In this document: positions 53,688 through 60,452 of the stretch, piece after piece
Position numbering within the stretch: position 1 is the stretch's first letter
How the letters are laid out: the number at the start of each line of letters is the position of its first letter
Origin: an uncultured Acidobacteriota bacterium
Lineage (GTDB): Bacteria > Acidobacteriota > UBA6911
Length of the DNA stretch: 60,452 nucleotides
Assembly (NCBI GenBank): GCA_964613495.1
Contig: CAZTHE010000005.1
Location: 1 to 60,452, forward strand
Direction of reading: 5' to 3'
Made by a program: the position numbers and the translations under genes
The notes under the pieces: generated by a model
What the model was told of the DNA's origin: nothing
The model's input: only the letters and a program-made list of their open reading frames with translations
Databases searched by the model: none

Positions 53688-54557
53688 ATGATTCGGACAA
53701 AGAAAAACGGATGCCGCCCGGGGCGCGCATCCTTGCTTTTGCTTTTTATCCTCGGCATTGCATCGGCCGGCGTTTCCGGCCACGCGGCGAACCTGTACCT
53801 GATCGGGATGGGGCCGGGGGATCCCGACCTGGCGACCGTGAAGGCCATGCGGCTCGTGCGGGAGGCGGACATCATCTATGTATTGAGCCGGGATCTTCTC
53901 GAACGATTCGAGCAGCAGCTGCGGGGCAAGGACGTCCGGGATCTTTCGGGCCAATCCGTCACACGCTACTACACGCGCAAGGCGAAACCGGGCGCCGTCA
54001 AGGATAAAGGAGCGGGTGCGAAAATCGGAGAGGCCAACCGGCAGGCTCTGATACGGGATGTGAAAGAGGCCGTCTCGAAGGAAAAGACGGTGGTGTTCCT
54101 CGACAGCGGAGACCCTCTGATTTTCGGGCCCTGGGTCTGGCTGCTGCGGGAGTTCGGCGAAACGGGCATGGAAGTGGTCCCCGGGGTCAGCTCATTCAAC
54201 GCCGGGCTGGCCGCGGTCAGGCATGACCCGACGTGGGCGCCGAACAGCCATTCCGTGATCCTGACCGCCGACCGCACCCATAGCAGCGACCGTCTGGAGG
54301 CGCTCGCGGCTCACGGGTGCAGCCTCGTTCTCTTCACGCACCGGAGCGATTTTTCGCAAACGGTCGGCAAGCTGAAAACCCGGTACCCGCCGGAAACGCC
54401 CGTCGCCGTCGTGTTCTATGCCGGCTACCAGGACAAACAGCGGGTCGTTCGCGGCACTCTCGAATCGATCGCGTCGATGATCGATCCGCAGAATCTCCCG
54501 CTCGAACACATTATCTTTGTCGGGGGCTTTCTGACTTACGACCCGGATAAGGAATAG
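53688..54557 (+). CDS. Tetrapyrrole (corrin/porphyrin) methylase-family protein with an N-terminal signal/anchor sequence
   Basis: MIRTKKNGCRPGRASLLLLFILGIASAGVSGHAA, then LYLIGMGPGDPDLATVKA, DSGDPLIFG and VPGVSSFNAGLAAV (CbiF/CobM-like motifs). Confidence 0.7.
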   Translation: MIRTKKNGCRPGRASLLLLFILGIASAGVSGHAANLYLIGMGPGDPDLATVKAMRLVREADIIYVLSRDLLERFEQQLRGKDVRDLSGQSVTRYYTRKAKPGAVKDKGAGAKIGEANRQALIRDVKEAVSKEKTVVFLDSGDPLIFGPWVWLLREFGETGMEVVPGVSSFNAGLAAVRHDPTWAPNSHSVILTADRTHSSDRLEALAAHGCSLVLFTHRSDFSQTVGKLKTRYPPETPVAVVFYAGYQDKQRVVRGTLESIASMIDPQNLPLEHIIFVGGFLTYDPDKE

Positions 54558-54559
54558 CC

Positions 54560-55228
54560 ATGCATAAGACGCTGATGTTTTCTCTCATGGTTGCGGTCCT
54601 GTTCTGTTTCGCCATTCCGCTTTCGGCAAGCGAATGCAGCACCTGTCACCAGGCGAAAGGCGTCCGCCCGGCGGATCCGCCGGCGGCCCCCATCGTGCTC
54701 CGGGATGGCAGCCGCACCGAGACCATTTCACTCGCGGAAGCGTTCCGTTTTCACGGCCACGAGTGTCCCGGGATGACGACCACGTTCCTCGCCCTGCAGT
54801 ACGGATTAAAGCTCCTGTTCGGCGGGGAGACGCCGGACCGCAAAGACCTGATGATCGTTTCGCGGACGCCCGTGGATGGCGGTCTGGATATGATCGACCT
54901 GCTCATGTTCGGGAAAAACCGCAAGGCGAGGACGTCGCCCCCCGAAGGCATGCAGCCCGGACGGGATAAATTCGGCTACACGATCTACCGGAAATCGAAC
55001 GGTACGGCGGTGGATGTCCAGTTGAAGCCGGAGCATTTCCCGGGCGATTTTTATCAGTACAAGAAAAAGCAGTCGCAGAAGGCCCTGTCCGAGCAGGAGT
55101 GGCAGGTGCTTCACGGCTACATGAAAGACATCATAGTGAAGTTTCCCAAAATGTCCCCGGAGAGCCTGTTCGGGAAGCCCGGCCCCTACAAGGCCGTTTT
55201 CTGGGGAGCGCCGATGCCGGCGCATTAG
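54560..55228 (+). CDS. Exported FmdE-domain protein with a CxxCH haem-binding motif
   Basis: Signal peptide MHKTLMFSLMVAVLFCFAIPLSAS, CSTCH directly after it, and the FmdE signature FRFHGHECPGMTT. Confidence 0.7.
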   Translation: MHKTLMFSLMVAVLFCFAIPLSASECSTCHQAKGVRPADPPAAPIVLRDGSRTETISLAEAFRFHGHECPGMTTTFLALQYGLKLLFGGETPDRKDLMIVSRTPVDGGLDMIDLLMFGKNRKARTSPPEGMQPGRDKFGYTIYRKSNGTAVDVQLKPEHFPGDFYQYKKKQSQKALSEQEWQVLHGYMKDIIVKFPKMSPESLFGKPGPYKAVFWGAPMPAH

Positions 55229-55447
55229 TTCTCCCTCTCTTTATTCCAGCCCACGGGCTGCTTCGTACCCGCGGCACGCTGCGTCGGCGTAAATTCGTGG
55301 CGGTTCGGATACGCTGGAGAAAAAGGGCCGTTTAGGCCTATAATCCCCCCAAGCAACCGTCGCTCTCACTCCGGGAAGGCCGGCACGATGCCGGCCTTCC
55401 CGGAACCGGCGGAAGCATGCCATTGAATTCTCAATCTTGGAGCCGTC

Positions 55448-56914
55448 GTGGAAAAATTCCGGATGTGGATCGATGGGAAATGGGTGGATGCCGACTCCGG
55501 CAGGACTTTTCGGACCTACAACCCGCACAACGGGGACGCAATCGCCGAAGTGCCGCTCGCGGGCAAGTCCGATGTGGACAAGGCCGTGGCCGCGGCGCGC
55601 AGGGCATTTCCGGCGTGGTCCAGAAAGACCCAGGAAGACCGCTCGGCCTGCGTGGCCCAGATCGCGGCGGCCCTGAGGGAAAATGGGGATGACCTGATCC
55701 GGTTGGAAATCTCGGAACACGGGGCGACCGCCAGGCACGCCCCCATCATGATCCGCTTCGCAACCGCGAACCTGGAACTCGCCGCATCGGCCGCCCGGGT
55801 GCTCATGGGCAAGGTCCTCCCGGCGACTCCCAGCAAGGGCGCCCCCCCGGGCACGTCCAACACCCTGTGCTACCTGAAATACGAACCGTTCGGCGTCTGC
55901 GCGCTGATCACGCCGTGGAACGTGCCGACCCTGCTGCTCGCCACCAAGATCGGGCCCGCGCTCGCCGTAGGCAACACCTGCGTCGTGAAGCCGCCGAGCA
56001 TCAATTCCGGCATCGGCCTCAAGATCGCCGAAATCATCGGAAGGCTCGACCTGCCCCCCGGCGTCATCAACTTCGTCACCGGCCCGGGGAGCACCATCGG
56101 CAACGACCTGTCCTCGCATCCGGGCATCGACTTCATCAGCTTCACCGGCAGCTCCGAAGTGGGCAAGACCATCCTCGCCAACGCGAGCCGGACGGTGAAG
56201 ACCACCATGATGGAACTGGGCGGCAAGAACCCCGCCATCATCCTGGAAGACGCCGACGTCGAGGCGGCGGCCGAAGAGCTTTGCGGCATCACCTTCGAAA
56301 ACGTCGGCCAGAACTGCGCACAGCCTTCGAGGTTCTACGTCCACGAGAAGGTGCACGACCGGTTCGTGCAAAAATTCGTCGAGACGGCCAACAGGATCAA
56401 GGTGGGAGACCCTGCCGACCCGGACACGGTCATGGGACCCGTAGTCAGCAAGGAGCAGCGCAGCACGATCGAGCGCTACATCAAGTCGGCGATCGACGAA
56501 GGCGCGACGCTCGTTTGCGGCGGCAAGCGGCCCTCCGGCCCGGCCTACCACAAGGGGTTTTACCTGACGCCGACCGTCTTCACGAACCTGACCGCGGACA
56601 TGACCATCGCGCGCGAAGAGGTGTTCGGGCCCGTGGTCGGCTTCTTCAAATTTTCTTCGGACGACGCGGTCCTGGAAGCGGCCAACGACAGCGTCTTCGG
56701 CCTGTGCGCCTCGGTCTGGACCAGGGATTATGCCCGGGGGCTCCGTTTCGTCAACGAGCTGCAGGCGGGCTCCGTCTGGATCAACCAGCACATGAACCTG
56801 GTCGCCGAGACTCCCTGGGGCGGATTCAAGGAGAGCGGACTGATGAAGGAAGGCGGCGTCATCGGCCCCGAAGGATACGCGCAGCTGAAATACGTGTGCA
56901 TCAAGCACGTCTGA
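55448..56914 (+). CDS. Aldehyde dehydrogenase family protein
   Basis: ITPWNVP, ELGGKNP, and catalytic Cys in GQNCAQPSRFYVH. Confidence 0.9.
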   Translation: MEKFRMWIDGKWVDADSGRTFRTYNPHNGDAIAEVPLAGKSDVDKAVAAARRAFPAWSRKTQEDRSACVAQIAAALRENGDDLIRLEISEHGATARHAPIMIRFATANLELAASAARVLMGKVLPATPSKGAPPGTSNTLCYLKYEPFGVCALITPWNVPTLLLATKIGPALAVGNTCVVKPPSINSGIGLKIAEIIGRLDLPPGVINFVTGPGSTIGNDLSSHPGIDFISFTGSSEVGKTILANASRTVKTTMMELGGKNPAIILEDADVEAAAEELCGITFENVGQNCAQPSRFYVHEKVHDRFVQKFVETANRIKVGDPADPDTVMGPVVSKEQRSTIERYIKSAIDEGATLVCGGKRPSGPAYHKGFYLTPTVFTNLTADMTIAREEVFGPVVGFFKFSSDDAVLEAANDSVFGLCASVWTRDYARGLRFVNELQAGSVWINQHMNLVAETPWGGFKESGLMKEGGVIGPEGYAQLKYVCIKHV

Positions 56915-56993
56915 AAAAGCGCGGCGAATTTCACGAATTTTCGGTACGGCCCGCAGGGGCGTGCACATTCAAAACAACCATTCGGAGAATTCC

Positions 56994-58439
56994 ATGCAGA
57001 CCTACAAAATGTACATCAACGGCAAGTGGGTGGACGCCCTGTCGGGCAGGACGTTCGCGACGGTCAACCCCAGCACGGGCGAGGAACTCGGCAGAGTCCC
57101 CTACGCGGGCAGAGAGGACGTCGACCTGGCGGCCAGGGCCGCGAACGAAGCGCTGCCCGGGTGGGCGAAGACCAACCAGTCGGACCGCGCGAAAGCCATC
57201 CTGCGCTTCGCCGCCCAGGTCAAGGAGCATGCAAAGGAACTGGTCGACCTCGAGGTGAACGAGCACGGCACGCCCGTCATGCTCGCGAGAGGATTCGCGG
57301 CCGCCGCCGTGGATCAGCTCGAGTACATCGCGTCCATCAGCCGCGGCATCATGGGCCAGGTGCTGCCGCAGTCCATGCCGAACACCGTCGGCTATCTCCA
57401 GAGAGTGCCGATCGGGGTGTGCGCCGTCATCACGCCGTGGAACGTCCCCCTGATGATGATGCTGAGCATGGTCGGCCCGGCGGTCGTGACGGGCAACACG
57501 TGCATCCTCAAGCCCGCCAGCGTCAACTCCATCCTCGGCGTCAAGTTCATGGAGATCCTGGAAAAGGCGGACTTCCCGAAAGGCGTCGTCAACCTCGTGA
57601 CCGGCCCGGGCGGGCTCGTGGGCGACGCGCTGGCCACGCACCCGGCCATCGACATGATCCGATTCACCGGGGCGACGGATACGGGACAGGTGATTCTCAA
57701 GGCCGCCAGCCAGACCGTCAAGAAGTGCGTCATGGAACTGGGCGGCAACAACCCCGTCATCGTCTGCGAGGACGCCGACGTCGAGAAGGCCGCCCGGCTG
57801 CAGGCGGGCAGGCACTACGGCAACAGCGCCCAGAACTGCTCGACGCCCGGCCGCTATTACGTCCACGAAAAGGTCTATGACAGGTTCGTGGAAGTCTTCG
57901 TGGAGGAAGTGAAGAAAATCCGCATGGGATTGCCGTGGGAAGAGTCCACCATGATGGGGCCGATGGCCAATCTCGGGCAGCTCGAGAAGGTGGAATACTA
58001 CATCCAGACGGCGCGGGAGGAAGGCGCCCGGATCGTGTGCGGCGGCGCGAGGCCGGCCACGCCCCCGCTCGACAAGGGATATTTCCTGATGCCGACCGTC
58101 GTCGCGGACTGCAGGCACGACATGACCATCGTGAGAGAAGAGATCTTCGGGCCGGCCGCGCCCATCCTGAAATTCTCTTCCGAAGAGGAAGCGGTCCGGA
58201 TGGCCAACGATTCCACCTACGGGCTGTGCGCCGGCGTCTGGACGAAGGACGGGAGCAAGGCGCTGCGGATCACGGGCGAGCTCCGCGTCGACAGCGTCTT
58301 CATCAACATGCCCCGCATGATGACGCCCGAATTCCCGTGGGGCGGCAATGTCCGCGGGAGCGGCATCGGCAAGTCGGACTCCGTGTGCGGCATGGAGGAA
58401 TTCACCGACCTGAAGTTCATCTGCACGTCGTACGCCTGA
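56994..58439 (+). CDS. Aldehyde dehydrogenase family protein (tandem paralogue)
   Basis: Start at MQTYKMYINGKW. ITPWNVP, ELGGNNP, and AQNCSTPGRYYVH. Confidence 0.9.
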   Translation: MQTYKMYINGKWVDALSGRTFATVNPSTGEELGRVPYAGREDVDLAARAANEALPGWAKTNQSDRAKAILRFAAQVKEHAKELVDLEVNEHGTPVMLARGFAAAAVDQLEYIASISRGIMGQVLPQSMPNTVGYLQRVPIGVCAVITPWNVPLMMMLSMVGPAVVTGNTCILKPASVNSILGVKFMEILEKADFPKGVVNLVTGPGGLVGDALATHPAIDMIRFTGATDTGQVILKAASQTVKKCVMELGGNNPVIVCEDADVEKAARLQAGRHYGNSAQNCSTPGRYYVHEKVYDRFVEVFVEEVKKIRMGLPWEESTMMGPMANLGQLEKVEYYIQTAREEGARIVCGGARPATPPLDKGYFLMPTVVADCRHDMTIVREEIFGPAAPILKFSSEEEAVRMANDSTYGLCAGVWTKDGSKALRITGELRVDSVFINMPRMMTPEFPWGGNVRGSGIGKSDSVCGMEEFTDLKFICTSYA

Positions 58440-58598
58440 TGTGCCGCCCCTTGCGGGGCTCATTCCGTGACTCGTGTGGACCCCGGGCTTGCGCCCGGGG
58501 CTACTCACTGCCGCGCCTTCGGCGCTGTCAGGCCCGAAGGGCCGGTATTGAATAGGCCCGGCCGTCAGGCCGGGAGTTGCGAACCAAACCCACGTCTG
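58440..58598. repeat. Cluster of GC-rich hairpins between convergent genes
   Basis: GCCCCTTGCGGGGC, CCCCGGGCTTGCGCCCGGGG, GCGCCTTCGGCGC, GGCCCGAAGGGCC, and GGCCCGGCCGTCAGGCCGGG. Confidence 0.7.
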
Positions 58599-59858
58599 TC
58601 ACGCGCAGCGCAGGACGCCGCGGGCCCAGAGGCAGTCGCCGCAGACGGGGAAAGGATTGCCCTGGCAATCCGTCTCGTTCGTCTCCGCGAATTCACAGCC
58701 GCCGCAATCTGTGCACGGTGAAAAATCGAATCGGCGCACACGCTCCCGGAAGGCGGTGTAATCGGGCTGCGTCCAGATCGACTTCAGGGACCTTTCCTTC
58801 AGATTGCCGTATTCGCAGCGGCGGAAAAACTTCCGCCGGTCCCGTATGTAGCAGGTGTACGAATGCAGCAGCGGCGGGCAGGGGCTCACGCCGCCGTGGC
58901 AGGACACGGCCAGGCTTCCCGGCTGGATGAAGGGGCAGTAGTTGTTCCGCTGGTTCAGGTTGATGTCGAGGTAACTCAGGTTCGCCTGCCGGCTCGCGAT
59001 GGCGCCGATCGATTCCAGCGTGTCCCGGTTCCAGTCCATCTTCGGGAAGATCCAGTGCGGATGGAGATCGCTCCCCTGCCCCTCGTAGCTGGTCGGCTCG
59101 AGGCTGTAGAGGATTTCGTCCTGAAGCCCGGCGGTATAGGGCAGCACGTTCGAAACGATGATGACGGACGCCCGTATGTTTTCGGCGATTTTCTGCAGGC
59201 CGGGCAGTTCGTGGATGTTGCTCCTCATCGCGACGAACTCGATTCCTATGCGCAGCGCGTTCGAAGGCGCGGAAGGCGGCACACCCCGGAAGGAGAATTC
59301 GCCGTCCATCCGGTCGAGCTGCGCCAGGGTCGTGCCGTCCAGGTCCTTCATGCGCTCCCGGAATTCCCTCCTGATGAGGGCCTCGCCGCCGTCCGCGGGC
59401 GTGCGCTTCGCGACGCTCCTCTGGCCGAGGTATTTCACGTTCTCCGTGATCGCATCCAGCGACGCCCCGGGCCGGACGGCGCCGTGCGATTCGCTCGACG
59501 TGCCGTCGATGGAGACCGTGAATTGGTCCAGGCCGGCGTCGATCAGCCGGTCGGCCATCGACGCGGTGAGGAGCATGGCGTTGCTCGTCATCTCGGTCCG
59601 CAGTCCCCGGGAGTGGGCGAGAGCGACCATGTCAGGGAAGCGCGGGTGCGTCAGGGGTTCGCCGAAACCGGCGAAGGCGATCGTTTTCGCGTCGGGGAAA
59701 TCGCCCAGGCCGTCGATGAGGGCCCCGTAATCGGGCCAGGACAGGTTTTCGAATTTTTCGTCCCAGGAGTGGCGGATGCAGGTGACGCAGTTCAGGTTGC
59801 AGCGGGTGGTCGGTTCGACGTAGAGTTTGGTCAGGGGATCGGCGGAGCGGTGCGGCAT
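58599..59858 (-). CDS. Radical SAM/SPASM-domain maturase (tungsten-cofactor oxidoreductase maturase-like)
   Basis: CNLNCVTC is a Cx3Cx2C motif. C-terminal Cys-rich SPASM region (CPFIQ...CHGGVSPC...CTDCGGC...CGDC). Adjacent to MoaD-like and AOR genes. Confidence 0.8.
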   Translation of the reverse strand: MPHRSADPLTKLYVEPTTRCNLNCVTCIRHSWDEKFENLSWPDYGALIDGLGDFPDAKTIAFAGFGEPLTHPRFPDMVALAHSRGLRTEMTSNAMLLTASMADRLIDAGLDQFTVSIDGTSSESHGAVRPGASLDAITENVKYLGQRSVAKRTPADGGEALIRREFRERMKDLDGTTLAQLDRMDGEFSFRGVPPSAPSNALRIGIEFVAMRSNIHELPGLQKIAENIRASVIIVSNVLPYTAGLQDEILYSLEPTSYEGQGSDLHPHWIFPKMDWNRDTLESIGAIASRQANLSYLDINLNQRNNYCPFIQPGSLAVSCHGGVSPCPPLLHSYTCYIRDRRKFFRRCEYGNLKERSLKSIWTQPDYTAFRERVRRFDFSPCTDCGGCEFAETNETDCQGNPFPVCGDCLWARGVLRCA

Positions 59859-59991
59859 TGCTTATCCCGGCATTGCGTGACGGCGAAAACAGGCGCGCCA
59901 CGCCACGCACGAACGATGCGTCAAACGTTCAACGATGCGGAGGAGCGCCGAAGGCGCGGGCCGGCCGCCCGCGCCAAACGGTATCTTACGG

Positions 59992-60216
59992 CTATCCACC
60001 TTCCAGGAAGGGATAGAGCTGAACCAGGTCGCCGTCTTTTATGATGCTGTCCGGCGGCGCCCAGTTTTTATTGATGAGCAGCATGCCCACGTCGCCGTCG
60101 TTCAGCCCGAGCCTCTCTACCAGCCGCGGCAGGCTGATGGACTCGCCGATGTCGAGCCTGTCCCGCTTTTTTCCCACCCGCAGCGCCAGGTTCAGGTTGA
60201 GTTCTACTTCGATCAT
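59992..60216 (-). CDS. MoaD/ThiS-family sulfur-carrier protein
   Basis: 74 aa ending in ...LYPFLEGG (C-terminal Gly-Gly). Confidence 0.8.
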   Translation of the reverse strand: MIEVELNLNLALRVGKKRDRLDIGESISLPRLVERLGLNDGDVGMLLINKNWAPPDSIIKDGDLVQLYPFLEGG

Positions 60217-60239
60217 GCCTTTCTCCAGAAGGCCGCAGG

Positions 60240-60452
60240 CTAGTTCAGCCGGCCTTTCTGCATTTCCTCGTCGGAAAGGTCGAAGACGGAATTGGTCGGC
60301 GGCAGCGGGATCCTGTACATGTACTCCGGCACCTTGTCCTGCGCCGGGGAAATGCCGGCCTTTTCGTTGAACCGGTATTCCAGGCGCGCGGTCTCGTGTC
60401 CCTGCTCCCAGAACTCCTCCACCGTCATCTTGTCGCCGCAGATGCCGTAGGC
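60240..60452 (-). CDS. Aldehyde:ferredoxin oxidoreductase-family protein, C-terminal end (gene continues past the right edge)
   Basis: Frame is open to the window edge. ...GHETARLEYRFNEKAGISPAQDKVPEYM resembles the conserved AOR-family C-terminal G-x-R-x-x-x-L-x-R-x-F-N segment. Confidence 0.65.
   Translation of the reverse strand, partial: AYGICGDKMTVEEFWEQGHETARLEYRFNEKAGISPAQDKVPEYMYRIPLPPTNSVFDLSDEEMQKGRLN

Noticed and set aside
1-60452. Search for tRNA, rRNA, transposase, integrase or cas genes
   Set aside because: No T-arm-like GGTTCGAATCC motifs, rRNA-like stretches or recognisable mobility or cas protein motifs were seen in any frame. Absence is by eye only and should be confirmed with tRNAscan-SE, Infernal or ISEScan.

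Overview
High-GC bacterial chromosomal segment. By inference from the gene content (many TonB-dependent receptors, multihaem cytochromes, radical-SAM and tungsten-enzyme genes) it comes from an anaerobe or facultative anaerobe. The long ORFs on the opposite strand of real genes are high-GC shadow ORFs and are not called.

Gene content from left to right:
- 1-4.4 kb: arsenic-resistance cluster (acr3, arsR, and a divergent CxxC/CcdA-like pair) plus small stress genes.
- 4.5-7.2 kb: a SWIM plus SNF2 helicase split by a frameshift.
- 7.6-11.1 kb: a GT2 glycosyltransferase and an 8-haem cytochrome/HEAT/TPR fusion.
- 11.5-20.7 kb: a TonB-dependent metal-uptake operon with a methyltransferase.
- 21-29 kb: tannase-fold protein, DUF1566 protein, flavoprotein, another TonB receptor, and a broken radical-SAM-like gene.
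- About 29.3-45.7 kb: an accessory, defence-island-like stretch.
- 45.8-49.2 kb: hypothetical proteins.
- 50-52.9 kb: copA-csoR.
- 53.7-55.2 kb: an exported tetrapyrrole-methylase-like/FmdE-haem pair.
- 55.4-58.4 kb: two tandem aldehyde dehydrogenases.
- 58.6 kb to the right edge: a tungsten-AOR maturation module (radical SAM/SPASM, MoaD-like, AOR C-terminus).

The accessory stretch holds an AbrB-PIN toxin-antitoxin (TA) pair, an MBL hydrolase, a nucleotidyltransferase pair, SbcCD-like genes, a DUF2075 nuclease-helicase, a HEPN protein with a SAM-methyltransferase/HNH fusion, a Zn-ribbon plus DUF2779 dual nuclease, a DUF433/DUF5615 TA pair, and TPR proteins.

Most interesting:
1. The two-gene HEPN + methyltransferase-HNH operon (38342-41039), with its AT-richer convergent DUF2075 neighbour. 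I cannot assign it to a named defence system.
2. An exact 16-nt motif, TGACCCCGGATGTCAC, sits in the promoter position of three operons of the island.
3. The intergenic repeat landscape is unusually rich. It includes CGTG-box REP-like elements, heptanucleotide arrays starting at stop codons, and a 52-bp tandem array inside a composite element.

I recognised no rRNA, tRNA, CRISPR array, transposase or integrase.
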